Positions 36,005 to 44,740 are shown, counted from the stretch's first letter. The stretch: 55,154 nt of DNA from a virus (IMGVR_UViG_3300042366_001387:1-55154); one strand, 5' to 3'. The notes: a model not told the origin generated them from the sequence alone. Made by a program: numbers and translations.

Positions 36005-36020
36005 CCAATCAATTAATCAA

Positions 36021-36263
36021 ATGACTCCTATTTCTTCTATCACCGAAGTCCAGGGCACGCTTTCTCTCTCGCCCGAATCTCAAAAGCTCCTCGATGAAGC
36101 TCTTGCTGAGTTTGAGTCCGCTGAGCGCAACAAAGCAAAGCTGATTATTCAAGAACGGCTTCGCGAGATTCGCCGCCTTGAGATTCTTCTGGAAAAAGCC
36201 AAAGCAGATCTCGCCTCTCTTGTTCAAAAAGGTGAACAGGAAATCTTGATGCTGAATTACTAA
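36021..36263 (+). CDS. Hypothetical coiled-coil protein
   Basis: TAATG coupling to the next gene. Confidence 0.65.
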   Translation: MTPISSITEVQGTLSLSPESQKLLDEALAEFESAERNKAKLIIQERLREIRRLEILLEKAKADLASLVQKGEQEILMLNY

Positions 36264-36616
36264 TGGCCGTGCTTTGTAGTTCCTCCAGTGGCAAAAGCCT
36301 GTTGCTTTCCGATGGCAGCAGGCTTGCCATTGAGTGGCCTAATTGGGATCGGTGTTTGCTTTTTGATGATTTTCATGTTACCGAACTTCAGTGCGAAATG
36401 CACGAAAACACCGTTGACGTAATGGCCTATGGAGATAGCTACCCGCGTTCCATATCAATTGGCAGATCAATAACTCTTGATCTTCGCATTCGATGCGGGC
36501 AGATGGAGCAACTACCCCTGCAAGAGGCTCGCAAACTATTTAGAACAGCGGAGTCAATGTCTGTGAACGATTTGCTGGCTGTAGCTTTTCAAAAAATGAA
36601 CGAGAGAGATCAATGA
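36263..36616 (+). CDS. Hypothetical protein
   Basis: Coupled at both ends. Confidence 0.65.
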   Translation: MAVLCSSSSGKSLLLSDGSRLAIEWPNWDRCLLFDDFHVTELQCEMHENTVDVMAYGDSYPRSISIGRSITLDLRIRCGQMEQLPLQEARKLFRTAESMSVNDLLAVAFQKMNERDQ

Positions 36617-37029
36617 ACGACAAGCTGAAGAGCTTGGTTGAAGAACTGGCTCAAGCAGGTAAGCGCTCTCATCACGAGTGTGAAGACTCTTGGTATTCTT
36701 GCCCCAAGTCTCCAGATGGATGCTCAAACGAGAGCGAGGGAGAGGATTGCAACTGTGGGGCGGACAGCTGTAACGCCAGGATTGACAACCTCTCCTGCTC
36801 ATTGTTGACAGAGATGGAAGCCCGTGAATCTGGAATCAGGGCGGAGATAAGGTTGTATCACGAAACCGCCAATGCCGCTCTTGAGAAAGTAAATAAAGAC
36901 GCTGCTCGGATTGGCGTTGACACAGGAATTAAGGCCGTAGCCAAAATGCTCAGAGACCTTCACGAGAAAGGTCTTAAACAGGCATCTCCATTGCTACTTG
37001 CTGAAATGATTGAGGACTGTTTCAAGTGA
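36613..37029 (+). CDS. Phage protein with CEDSWYSCPKS motif
   Basis: HHECEDSWYSCPKS.DGC.N...CNCGAD. Confidence 0.75.
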   Translation: MNDKLKSLVEELAQAGKRSHHECEDSWYSCPKSPDGCSNESEGEDCNCGADSCNARIDNLSCSLLTEMEARESGIRAEIRLYHETANAALEKVNKDAARIGVDTGIKAVAKMLRDLHEKGLKQASPLLLAEMIEDCFK

Positions 37030-37244
37030 GCATCTGGATCAACGACAGACTGCCAACCCTTGAAGACGCAGATCTTCACGGAATGGTGCGCTGGGGCAAG
37101 GATCAGCCTGGGATGCTCATGCACTGGAAGGGAGTAAGAGCCAACGAGTTCTGGTCGCATAGTTCTGCTTGGAGGCCTGCCACCGCCTGTTACACTGAAA
37201 GTGCAACTTGCGTTTCGCAAGATGAACAGCTATCTCAGCGATGA
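37026..37244 (+). CDS. WxxDRLPT family protein
   Basis: Paralog of 9478-9786. Confidence 0.65.
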   Translation: MSIWINDRLPTLEDADLHGMVRWGKDQPGMLMHWKGVRANEFWSHSSAWRPATACYTESATCVSQDEQLSQR

Positions 37245-37566
37245 CGATGAGTTTAAGGAGCAGTTAGACGACCCAGAAATTTTTGAAGCAACTGCTTCAT
37301 TGAGCCTGGCTGTAAGCATGATGGAGAACCTAGATCTCTCCTTTGCTGAAACACTGAAGCTTGGCCAAATCGCTCTTCTTCGGTGTGAAAGAAGGCTTGC
37401 CAGATTCCTTGATGATCTTGAAGGCAAGGAGAATGGCAATTTTATCGAGCAAAAAGAGGCAATGCGCTCTCTTTCTGCTTATTGGTCAACAATCTTTGAC
37501 TCTATAGAGGCACTGTCAAGTATAAGCCTGGCAGAAACCGATCACTACCTAGAAGACCCCCCTTAA
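37222..37566 (+). CDS. Acidic hypothetical protein
   Basis: 114-aa ORF before the tRNA. Confidence 0.65.
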   Translation: MNSYLSDDDEFKEQLDDPEIFEATASLSLAVSMMENLDLSFAETLKLGQIALLRCERRLARFLDDLEGKENGNFIEQKEAMRSLSAYWSTIFDSIEALSSISLAETDHYLEDPP

Positions 37567-37575
37567 GCGACTTCC

Positions 37576-37648
37576 GCGAGTCTACCTATCTGGTGAAAGG
37601 AGCCTGCTCATAACAGGAAACAGGCCAGTTCGATTCTGGCGACTCGCA
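37576..37648 (+). tRNA. tRNA with CAT anticodon (Met elongator or Ile2); CCA not encoded
   Basis: Acceptor GCGAGTC/GACTCGC; D-arm CCT/AGG with TGG; anticodon arm CCTG-CTCATAA-CAGG; T-arm GCCAG-TTCGATT-CTGGC; discriminator A. Confidence 0.93.
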
Positions 37649-37649
37649 T

Positions 37650-37913
37650 CTACTTCTTTCTGGGTTTGCCCCCGCTTCCGTTTCTTGCCCTGTTAGTCCT
37701 GGGATTCTCAAGCACCATGCGCCCATCCTTGGTGTGGCTGAGATCTTTTCCGCCTTTGCCGGCAATCCCCCGCTTTTTTCTTTCGCTCCACCTTTCTTCC
37801 GAAGCCTTCTTCACAGAGGGCTTTTTGTTGTATTTGCGCTGATACGCATTCCTTTTGCGCCTAGCCTCTGGGTTCTCAGAGTAGTAGCGAGATGTTCTGC
37901 TCTGACCGGCCAT
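37650..37913 (-). CDS. Basic, degenerate HNH-like cyanophage protein
   Basis: GKGGKDLSHTKDG...ENPRTNRARNG. Confidence 0.75.
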   Translation of the reverse strand: MAGQSRTSRYYSENPEARRKRNAYQRKYNKKPSVKKASEERWSERKKRGIAGKGGKDLSHTKDGRMVLENPRTNRARNGSGGKPRKK

Positions 37914-37918
37914 AGCAA

Positions 37919-38197
37919 TCACATTTGTGCAGCCCAGAGCTGCCTGATGTGAACTTCAGCCTCAATCAGGGAGGGGGCGATCAAGGGAAGGATTTGTGGT
38001 GATTCAACAAGGGCGACTCTCCTGATCTCAGCAAGATCACGGAAAAGCTCTCTAATAGTTGGGGGAATTGTATTATTTGCCCTCTTGTCACCTTCTTCGC
38101 TCTGGTTGTTATAGGCTTCAGGAGCGAGGGCTGATGCCATGACTGGGCTAGCGGGTCGGCATTCCTCACCATAGCCGTGGGCGTGGCTCAAAGCCAA
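37919..38197 (-). CDS. Hypothetical protein
   Basis: In a short - strand run. Confidence 0.55.
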   Translation of the reverse strand: MALSHAHGYGEECRPASPVMASALAPEAYNNQSEEGDKRANNTIPPTIRELFRDLAEIRRVALVESPQILPLIAPSLIEAEVHIRQLWAAQM

Positions 38198-38475
38198 TCG
38201 ACATGAGACTGCGTTCGCTCCTCAAGCGCTTCCACCGTGATGTCATCCCAGTTGATGGGCGGCATGGGAAGTCGGTACTTGTTCTTGCTTCTGTTCACGT
38301 CATTCGGCAAGCCGTTGTGTGAGCAGTAAGCCTCATACCACTTCTGCAGCATTGACCTATCAACAAAGCCCTGCATCAATCCATGCACTTCGCTCACGTC
38401 CTGCCCTTTCTCGTAAAGCAGATGGGCGGCAACGCGAAGAATTCGATTCAGGTTGGTACTTCCTCTTGTGTGCAT
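38188..38475 (-). CDS. Hypothetical protein
   Basis: 95-aa ATG ORF divergent from the ERF promoter. Confidence 0.65.
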   Translation of the reverse strand: MHTRGSTNLNRILRVAAHLLYEKGQDVSEVHGLMQGFVDRSMLQKWYEAYCSHNGLPNDVNRSKNKYRLPMPPINWDDITVEALEERTQSHVDWL

Positions 38476-38486
38476 ATCTTTCGTCC

Positions 38487-38515
38487 TTGACAGATGGGGC
38501 TAATGGTCCTACCCT
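38487..38515 (+). promoter_or_regulatory. sigma70 promoter with operator copy 7
   Basis: TTGACA-17-TACCCT; GGGCT-AAT-GGTCC at 38497-38509. Confidence 0.8.
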
Positions 38516-38569
38516 GTGGATCAGGGGGCGCCGCCGTCATCCTATAGTCCCTCGGTCACTCAAAAACCT

Positions 38570-39343
38570 ATGGCCAACGTCTACTCAAAACTCAACCAGG
38601 CTCGCACCGAGCTTCAGCGGCGTGAGCTGAAAAAAACTGGGCACAACAAGTTTGCGGGCTACAAATACTTTGAACTTGGCGACTTCTTGCCAACAGTGCA
38701 AGAAATCTTTGCCCAGACTGGTTTGTGCGGAATCGTGAGCTATGGGGCGGAAGCCGCAACTCTCACGATTATTGATGTAGAGGCTCCCGATGGCGCAAAT
38801 GTTGTAATTAGCAGCCCGATGAGTTCCGCTGCTCTCAAGGGGGCTCACGACATTCAGAACCTGGGCGCGGTACAAACGTATCTGCGTCGCTATCTCTGGG
38901 TGACGGCCATGGAGATCGTTGAGCACGACGAGCTGGACGCCACGCTTGGGGCACCTAAGGAGGCTTCCACCGCCCCCGAGAAGGCCGCCCCCGCCCCAAG
39001 GAAGCAGCGCACCTACTCCCCTGGAGATTCGGTCGCCCCGGCCCGCCAGGCGCCCATCCAGCAGGATCTGGAGATGAAGATGAAGGAGCTGGGTCTTACG
39101 GCTTTCGGCGAGAAGACATTCCTGCAGCTCTGCAAGGCTGAATCCTTCAGTGCTATTGCTGACTCGAAGGCTGCTCAAGCATATAAGATTACGAATGAAG
39201 AGCTTGTTGCCAAGCTCAATGCTGGCAAGAACAGCAAAAATGAGCAGATTCTGCAGCCTCCCACTACTTCCAAGCCTAAGGACAAAATTGAAGATCTAGA
39301 ACGTGCAGCCTCAGCTTTGTTCAAAGGCGATGAGGAGGAGTGA
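38570..39343 (+). CDS. erf: ERF-family single-strand annealing recombinase
   Basis: LKKTGHNKFAGYKYFELGDFLP...IQNLGAVQTYLRRYLW...IVEHDELD. Confidence 0.9.
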   Translation: MANVYSKLNQARTELQRRELKKTGHNKFAGYKYFELGDFLPTVQEIFAQTGLCGIVSYGAEAATLTIIDVEAPDGANVVISSPMSSAALKGAHDIQNLGAVQTYLRRYLWVTAMEIVEHDELDATLGAPKEASTAPEKAAPAPRKQRTYSPGDSVAPARQAPIQQDLEMKMKELGLTAFGEKTFLQLCKAESFSAIADSKAAQAYKITNEELVAKLNAGKNSKNEQILQPPTTSKPKDKIEDLERAASALFKGDEEE

Positions 39344-39654
39344 TGATTGACACTTTTCAGTATGCAATTTGCTGTTTGGTGCTCACGCTTCCAGCGCTTA
39401 TTGCAATTCAGTTTGTTTACGCCCCCAGAAAATACAAGCCTCGCCCCGAGAATACTTTTGTCACTTGGCATGGTGAATTTGCAGAGGGGCTGGTGAAGGC
39501 CCTCGGGCTTGGTTGGGGCGTGGCAAGTATTCACATCATGGTTGATGCGGGGGAGGTCGTGAAAGTGCGAGTAGAGCAGTATCTCAACGAAGAGCAGGCA
39601 ACGAAAATCCTGGGCCTTGTCGAAAAACACAAAGCTGTGGAGATGGAGTCATGA
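39340..39654 (+). CDS. Hypothetical membrane-anchored protein
   Basis: N-terminal hydrophobic segment; GTGA overlap. Confidence 0.6.
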   Translation: MMIDTFQYAICCLVLTLPALIAIQFVYAPRKYKPRPENTFVTWHGEFAEGLVKALGLGWGVASIHIMVDAGEVVKVRVEQYLNEEQATKILGLVEKHKAVEMES

Positions 39655-39911
39655 CACCTGTTAGATATATTTTGCATCCCGGCTATGTACGCAGTAAGTA
39701 CGATGGCGACGAGCACTTTATTGGCGGTCCTCGGTTAGCTCGTCTTTATGGCGTAAGCCTTCGGGATTGCGTTTATGGAGATGTTCGTACCTATGCGCCA
39801 AGAGAGGGTGATATTCACCTTCGCCCGCGCTTTGACGGAGACTATCAGTTGCCGGGACTTTCTCCGCCCCGGCCCATGTCAACTCCAACAAACCAAAACA
39901 TTAAACAATGA
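39651..39911 (+). CDS. Conserved phage hypothetical protein
   Basis: YILHPGYVRSKYDGDEHFI...LARLYGV...LRPRFDGDY. Confidence 0.75.
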   Translation: MTPVRYILHPGYVRSKYDGDEHFIGGPRLARLYGVSLRDCVYGDVRTYAPREGDIHLRPRFDGDYQLPGLSPPRPMSTPTNQNIKQ

Positions 39912-40309
39912 ATCGAACTACTGTTGTTATTTTGTCCAGCGCTGGCATTGCAACTGCGTTGGCTTTTGTTCTGTGGGGGCTTCCCCAGCTCGGCGTTTAC
40001 AACCGCACCCTCTCTGGTCGTGCCGCCCTGATGGAAGCCGAGAGCACTCGCCAGGTTCGAGTGCTCGAAGCCAAGGCCAAGCAGGAGTCCGCGACGCTTG
40101 AAGCCCAGGCAGAAGTTACAAAAGCCGAAGGCAGTGCCAAGGCTATCGCCGCCCTGAAGGCTGAATTAGGTAGCAGCGATGCCTACCTTCGCTGGCTGTA
40201 TATTCAGGGCCTGCAAGAGCAGAATGGCCAAGGCGAGAAAACCGTGGTCTACATTCCCACGGATGGACTGGTTCCGCTGCCTATATCGGAGGCTGGCAGG
40301 GTCAAGTGA
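39908..40309 (+). CDS. Phage membrane protein, SPFH/band-7 C-terminal-like
   Basis: TM helix; G.A.L.EAESTRQVRVLEA..K; YLRWLYI; VVYIPT. Confidence 0.8.
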   Translation: MNRTTVVILSSAGIATALAFVLWGLPQLGVYNRTLSGRAALMEAESTRQVRVLEAKAKQESATLEAQAEVTKAEGSAKAIAALKAELGSSDAYLRWLYIQGLQEQNGQGEKTVVYIPTDGLVPLPISEAGRVK

Positions 40310-40615
40310 TCAATTTCTACCAGTAAGCCAATCGATCAACTTCGCTTGCCCAATCTCAGACCAGTAGGGCTGCTCTCGCCACCAACTAAAAACTTCTCGA
40401 TGCCCCTTCTTTCTATTGCAGGGCAGACATGCAGGTACAAGGTTTTTGGCGACAGTTAGCCCTCCTTTCATTTTTGGCTGAACATGATCAAGGCTTTCGG
40501 CGTACTCACCACAATAAGCGCATCTGTGACCCCATTCCTGAAAAATGCTTTGCCTGAATCGAGAGCGAAGAGTGCGAGAATGGACAAGAACCGTTTCCTC
40601 GATCGTGGACTGCAT
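40310..40615 (-). CDS. HNH endonuclease
   Basis: CAYCG...LDHVQPK.KGG...NLVPACLPCNRKKG. Confidence 0.93.
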   Translation of the reverse strand: MQSTIEETVLVHSRTLRSRFRQSIFQEWGHRCAYCGEYAESLDHVQPKMKGGLTVAKNLVPACLPCNRKKGHREVFSWWREQPYWSEIGQAKLIDWLTGRN

Positions 40616-40657
40616 TTGAATCAGTCATTTGCTTAAACCCTAGCCGATTTCTCAGAG

Positions 40658-41431
40658 ATGGTTCACCCTGCTTCAGGTTTTTATGTCAAAGACAATCAGG
40701 AGTACGCCTCCGTTAGTCTTGTGTTGGGGGCGACGAGTCAAATGTTTGACCCCTCCAAGGAAAAGGGGCTGCAATTCTGGCGTAGAAACGAACCGGACTG
40801 GGAAGAGGTAGTTATCAGAGCCCAGAGGAGGGGCAAAATTATTCATGCCGAAATAGAAGCAACCCTTCTCGGCATCTCAACGGCAGGCCACGAAGACGAA
40901 GGGACCTACGAGGAAATAGTAAGATATAATATCAATGAATATTTGATGTATTTGGGACCTCTACTGGAAGAAATAAAAGCAGAAAACGAAGACAGAAAAG
41001 ACATAGAGCTTGAGCAAGTTGTTTTTTGCCCACATGGATACGCGGGAACAAAAGATGCAAATTTCATGTTTAGAAGGAAATATTCTATGTGGGATTGGAA
41101 GTCAGTCAGGTCTTACAAAGAGTACGAGAGCGAAGAAAAGGGCAAGAAAACCAAACCAAAGTCCAAGTACAAAGATGCCTTTCTTCAGATCGGGGCCTAC
41201 GCCTTGGCTCACAACATCGGGGTCAGAAATGGTGAACTTGACACTTCGGTTGAGCGTGGTGTAATCTGTGTCTGTTACGACTGGAGGGAACCTCAGCTTC
41301 ACATTTTGGACGGAGATGATCTGAAAAAAGCGGTGCTTGGGTTTGTTGAGCGATTTGCCGCTTACTGCGAACTCATTGGCTGCAGTCTTCCTCGCCCCGT
41401 ACAAGAAGAAGCTGAAGAGCTTTCTATCTAA
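40658..41431 (+). CDS. PD-(D/E)XK phage exonuclease
   Basis: SVSLVL, RGKIIH, GYAGTKD, WDWKS, LQIGAYA. Confidence 0.85.
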   Translation: MVHPASGFYVKDNQEYASVSLVLGATSQMFDPSKEKGLQFWRRNEPDWEEVVIRAQRRGKIIHAEIEATLLGISTAGHEDEGTYEEIVRYNINEYLMYLGPLLEEIKAENEDRKDIELEQVVFCPHGYAGTKDANFMFRRKYSMWDWKSVRSYKEYESEEKGKKTKPKSKYKDAFLQIGAYALAHNIGVRNGELDTSVERGVICVCYDWREPQLHILDGDDLKKAVLGFVERFAAYCELIGCSLPRPVQEEAEELSI

Positions 41432-41450
41432 CATTTTCGCAAAACACACG

Positions 41451-41831
41451 ATGCTTTCTCTCACTGCTACCGGTTACGTTTCCGGTAAGCCCAAAATTGA
41501 AAACAGCGACTACGGAGACTTCATCTCCATTGGCATTCGTTGCAAGGGCGAAGGCGGCAAAAACGTTTTCTACGTTAATGCCAAGTTCTACGGCAAGAAG
41601 ATGGGAGTCATTGAAAAGTACATCAATGACGGTGATCAGGTGACGGTTGCTGGCATGGTCTCAATGGCAACCGAAAAAACCAAGCGGGACGGCACCAAGT
41701 ACGCCCAGGTTTACATGACGGGATCGAGCTTTTCCATTCCGCCCAACCCCGCCCTGAAGGATGCCGCAGCCCCTCTGCGCCCTCTGCCACCCTCTGACGA
41801 GGAAGACGACGAAGACTCTGTGCCCTTCTGA
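41451..41831 (+). CDS. ssb: Single-stranded DNA-binding protein
   Basis: OB-fold pattern (GDQVTVAG) and acidic tail DEEDDEDSVPF. Confidence 0.88.
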   Translation: MLSLTATGYVSGKPKIENSDYGDFISIGIRCKGEGGKNVFYVNAKFYGKKMGVIEKYINDGDQVTVAGMVSMATEKTKRDGTKYAQVYMTGSSFSIPPNPALKDAAAPLRPLPPSDEEDDEDSVPF

Positions 41832-42052
41832 TCCGCTCCTGGCATAGCGAACGCCCCTGTCCCCCCAAGGGCCTTTTCTCCGCGCACTAACACCTCTACT
41901 GCTCGGGCTAAGTGGTAGATCGACAGGCCAAAGTGCAAGCCAGCGGTCTTTTCCAAGAGTGTCGCAGTTCCGGGGCCGGTCGGGTCCTTTTGGGCGACAT
42001 GAAGAAAATAAGCTTGTAAGTCCAGGAAAGGCCCTCTGTAACAGGAGGGCTT
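41832..42052 (+). ncRNA. Candidate structured RNA (or ssDNA) element downstream of ssb
   Basis: Nested helices, a pseudoknot and an 11-bp long-range pairing in a 240-bp gap. Confidence 0.4.
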
Positions 42053-42072
42053 CCAAATACTATTTTGTTTTC

Positions 42073-42303
42073 ATGGAAGATTTTAATGCAATGAAGCTCG
42101 CTCGCGAGGAAATCGAGTGGGCGATTGATCTCGGCCTTGAACCAAAGTCGTGGATTTTCGGCCTGGAGACTTATCTTTGGCTTTTGCGAGACAATTCTGT
42201 GCTTTGCGATTCACCCAAGATGGAATTCAGGTTTTTAGGTCGTCCGGGAATCGTTGATCACAACGTAAATCCCTGGACAGTTAAACTTATCACAGAGGGG
42301 TAA
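42073..42303 (+). CDS. Hypothetical protein
   Basis: ATG at 42073 is the likely start. Confidence 0.55.
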   Translation: MEDFNAMKLAREEIEWAIDLGLEPKSWIFGLETYLWLLRDNSVLCDSPKMEFRFLGRPGIVDHNVNPWTVKLITEG

Positions 42304-42307
42304 TCTC

Positions 42308-42865
42308 ATGTTCCCCAAGGTCATCGGTCTTTATAGCCCCGCCCCCGGTTCTGGTAAATCAACCATTGCTACCTGTCTGGAGGATTACAGCTATAGCGTT
42401 GTTCCTTTTGCTGGCTCTCTAAAGGGAATGGTCAGGATGTTGTTGGTTGAGCTTGGGTACACACCAGCTCGGGCGACCGAAATGATCAAGCAAAAAGACT
42501 TGGTTGTTCCAGGTATCAATATTAGAATGAGAACTCTGATGCAAACACTTGGTACTGAGTGGGGGCGGAATACGCTAGATCAAGATTTCTGGATTAACTG
42601 TTGGAAGGAAAAAGTGAAATCTTGCGGGAGCCTCGTAGTTGCAGACGATGTAAGATTCCCAAACGAGGCAGCTGCCATCAAAGAAATGGGCGGGGAAATA
42701 TGGAAGATTATTCGCCCCGGCGTAGAAAATGGCGAAAATCACTCCTCTGAGGGGCGGCTTGATCATTGGGATGGCTTCTCTCGTATTATCGTAAACGATG
42801 GATCGCTTAATGACCTGTACTGTAAGCTTGAACTAATACTGGGCGATGCTGAAAGACAAGAATGA
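42308..42865 (+). CDS. Deoxynucleoside monophosphate kinase
   Basis: APGSGKST, FAGSLK, RTLMQTLGTEWGR, DDVRFPNEA, HSSE. Confidence 0.92.
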   Translation: MFPKVIGLYSPAPGSGKSTIATCLEDYSYSVVPFAGSLKGMVRMLLVELGYTPARATEMIKQKDLVVPGINIRMRTLMQTLGTEWGRNTLDQDFWINCWKEKVKSCGSLVVADDVRFPNEAAAIKEMGGEIWKIIRPGVENGENHSSEGRLDHWDGFSRIIVNDGSLNDLYCKLELILGDAERQE

Positions 42866-43592
42866 TGATTTCTATGGGGCAAGGCTCGTAGCAACTGCGA
42901 GACTGCATCTGCCATCTGTCATGGCAAAACAAAAATCCCCATTCTTTTTTGAGGTGATGGGCGAGATAATTGAAAAAAGAATCTACAGAGGCTATAAAAG
43001 CATCAAAGGCAAAGACATTAAACTAAGCGGGGTAAAAGATTTCTTTTTCAATTATCACTACGGGCTTGGCATTCGAGACCTGCCAGCTTTTCTTGGTTGC
43101 TGCGCCCACCTGGAGTCGAGAGACAATTCAAAGCAGAAGCACGCCAGAAGGTTTATTGACTGGCTCAAGAAAGAAGACCCAGAGTCTTTTGCTTTTCCTT
43201 CTCATTACTGGGAATACAGGCGCCTGATGACGGCGTTAAACGAAATGAAGTGGGCCGCTGACAAGAAGAATAGATATTACGGCATGATGAAAAAAATGTA
43301 TGATACGCACCCCGAAATCCTGCAAGAGATAGGGCCGGGACGTAAATATGAATCAATTCCAGAAGCTTACAAAAAAGAAGGATATATCATAGAACCGAAA
43401 AGACTCAAATCAATAAGGCTTTCTCAATACCCCACATACAAAGAAGTTGAAAAACTGGCCAGAGAGCTGAACTCCAGGCTGGACAAGCTCAAGAATCGTG
43501 TTTTGATTGCTAAGCTGATTGAGATCTACAAGATCAACGAAGCGCTCGAACACCATGTTGTCATCAACCCTTCTCAAGACGGCGACAAGTAG
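42846..43592 (+). CDS. Hypothetical protein
   Basis: 248-aa ORF overlapping both neighbours. Confidence 0.75.
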   Translation: MLKDKNDDFYGARLVATARLHLPSVMAKQKSPFFFEVMGEIIEKRIYRGYKSIKGKDIKLSGVKDFFFNYHYGLGIRDLPAFLGCCAHLESRDNSKQKHARRFIDWLKKEDPESFAFPSHYWEYRRLMTALNEMKWAADKKNRYYGMMKKMYDTHPEILQEIGPGRKYESIPEAYKKEGYIIEPKRLKSIRLSQYPTYKEVEKLARELNSRLDKLKNRVLIAKLIEIYKINEALEHHVVINPSQDGDK

Positions 43593-44088
43593 CTTTGAGT
43601 TTTTTGTTGCTGGCTCCCCGGCTGTTCAGGGCAGCAAAACCGCGTTCGGGCGAGTAGTCAAAGGCCAGGACGGAAGGCCCAGGGCCGTCGTCAACATGGT
43701 CGAGCAGGACAAGGGATTGGGCGAGTGGAGGTATTCGGTGTCTCAGATGGGACGCCTAATGAGGCCCAGGGGCTGGTCAAAGCAGGGGATTTTCATGCTT
43801 CAAGCAATTTTTTACCTGCCACGTCCAAAGGATCACTTCAGCAGCAAGGGGGAACTCAAGCCCGACGCCCCAATTTTTCATTCAAAGCGCAAGGACTGTG
43901 ATAAAATGATACGAGCTGTCGGCGATGCCCTGACAGATGTCTGCTACGAAGACGACTGCCTGTTGGTCTTCGATCAAGGCCTCAAGCTCTACTGCAATCC
44001 CGAGGGCGATGGCGAAGGGGCAAGAATCCTTGTCGCCCGCCTTGATGAAGGCAAGGCCGCAGCCGCAATCCAATCACTGGGTCTGTGA
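43555..44088 (+). CDS. rusA: RusA-family Holliday junction resolvase
   Basis: G.PAVQGSK, FYLPRPK.H, DCDKMIRAVGDALT...DD. Confidence 0.9.
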   Translation: MLSSTLLKTATSSFEFFVAGSPAVQGSKTAFGRVVKGQDGRPRAVVNMVEQDKGLGEWRYSVSQMGRLMRPRGWSKQGIFMLQAIFYLPRPKDHFSSKGELKPDAPIFHSKRKDCDKMIRAVGDALTDVCYEDDCLLVFDQGLKLYCNPEGDGEGARILVARLDEGKAAAAIQSLGL

Positions 44089-44096
44089 CCGGGTAC

Positions 44097-44125
44097 TTGC
44101 AAGATCCCACCCCATCCTGTACGAT
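44097..44125 (+). promoter_or_regulatory. Probable sigma70 promoter without the 13-bp operator
   Basis: TTGCAA-17-TACGAT; -35 lies inside the near-palindrome GGGTACTTGCAAGATCCC. Confidence 0.6.
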
Positions 44126-44149
44126 TAGCAGGTAACCAACGAAAGGCAG

Positions 44150-44686
44150 ATGCCTCGTCGCAAACCCACTCAAGAAGAAACCGACCAATCACTTTCCGCT
44201 AACACTGAAATGCCCACCGCTGAAATCGAAGCCACCGAGACTGCCGAAGTTGCACCCAAGGCAACTGTCATCAAGGGCGAGCGTCTGACGGGTCAGGCCC
44301 TGCTCGACTTTGTGCTTGCCAATCGCGAGCGCCCCGTCAATGAACTGGCGTTCGAGGCTGGCTATTACACCAAGAAGATCGATCCTGAAACTGGTGAGGA
44401 AAAGATCACCTACCAGAAGCCTGCGTTCCACGAGGCCATCAACAGGGCAAATGGCATCGAGCTGGCTCCTGCCACTCGCACCTATGCCCCCCGCAAGAAC
44501 CGCGCCCCCGTGGTGAAGCTGGGCAAGAACGGCAACATTGTGGTTGGCGGTCGTCACAGTGGCGTGGCCGGCTTTGAGCCTGGCAGCAAGGTCAAGGTGG
44601 AGTCCGAGCCTGGGCGTATCACCATCGTTGCGTGGGCAGATGAAGACGATGACGCCAGCGACACTGATGACCAAATGGACCTCTGA
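44150..44686 (+). CDS. Cyanobacterial-type AbrB-like transcriptional regulator (cyAbrB)
   Basis: LTGQALL...ELA..AGYY...F.EA...A.GIEL...KNGNIVVG...G.EPG..V.V....GRITI. Confidence 0.8.
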   Translation: MPRRKPTQEETDQSLSANTEMPTAEIEATETAEVAPKATVIKGERLTGQALLDFVLANRERPVNELAFEAGYYTKKIDPETGEEKITYQKPAFHEAINRANGIELAPATRTYAPRKNRAPVVKLGKNGNIVVGGRHSGVAGFEPGSKVKVESEPGRITIVAWADEDDDASDTDDQMDL

Positions 44687-44713
44687 TACAACAGAGGAGT
44701 CATGGGAATCTCG

Positions 44714-44740
44714 GGCCCGATTCGTCGGGCCTTTTCTTTA
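44714..44740 (+). terminator. Intrinsic terminator
   Basis: GGCCCGA-TTCG-TCGGGCC followed by TTTTCTTT. Confidence 0.85.

Noticed and set aside
40310-40615. HNH gene as an intron-borne or mobile element
   Set aside because: It is free-standing, with no interrupted gene or flanking repeats; ordinary for phages.
40658-41431. Cas4 as evidence of a CRISPR system
   Set aside because: It lacks the Fe-S cysteine set and sits with ERF and SSB, consistent with a recombination exonuclease.
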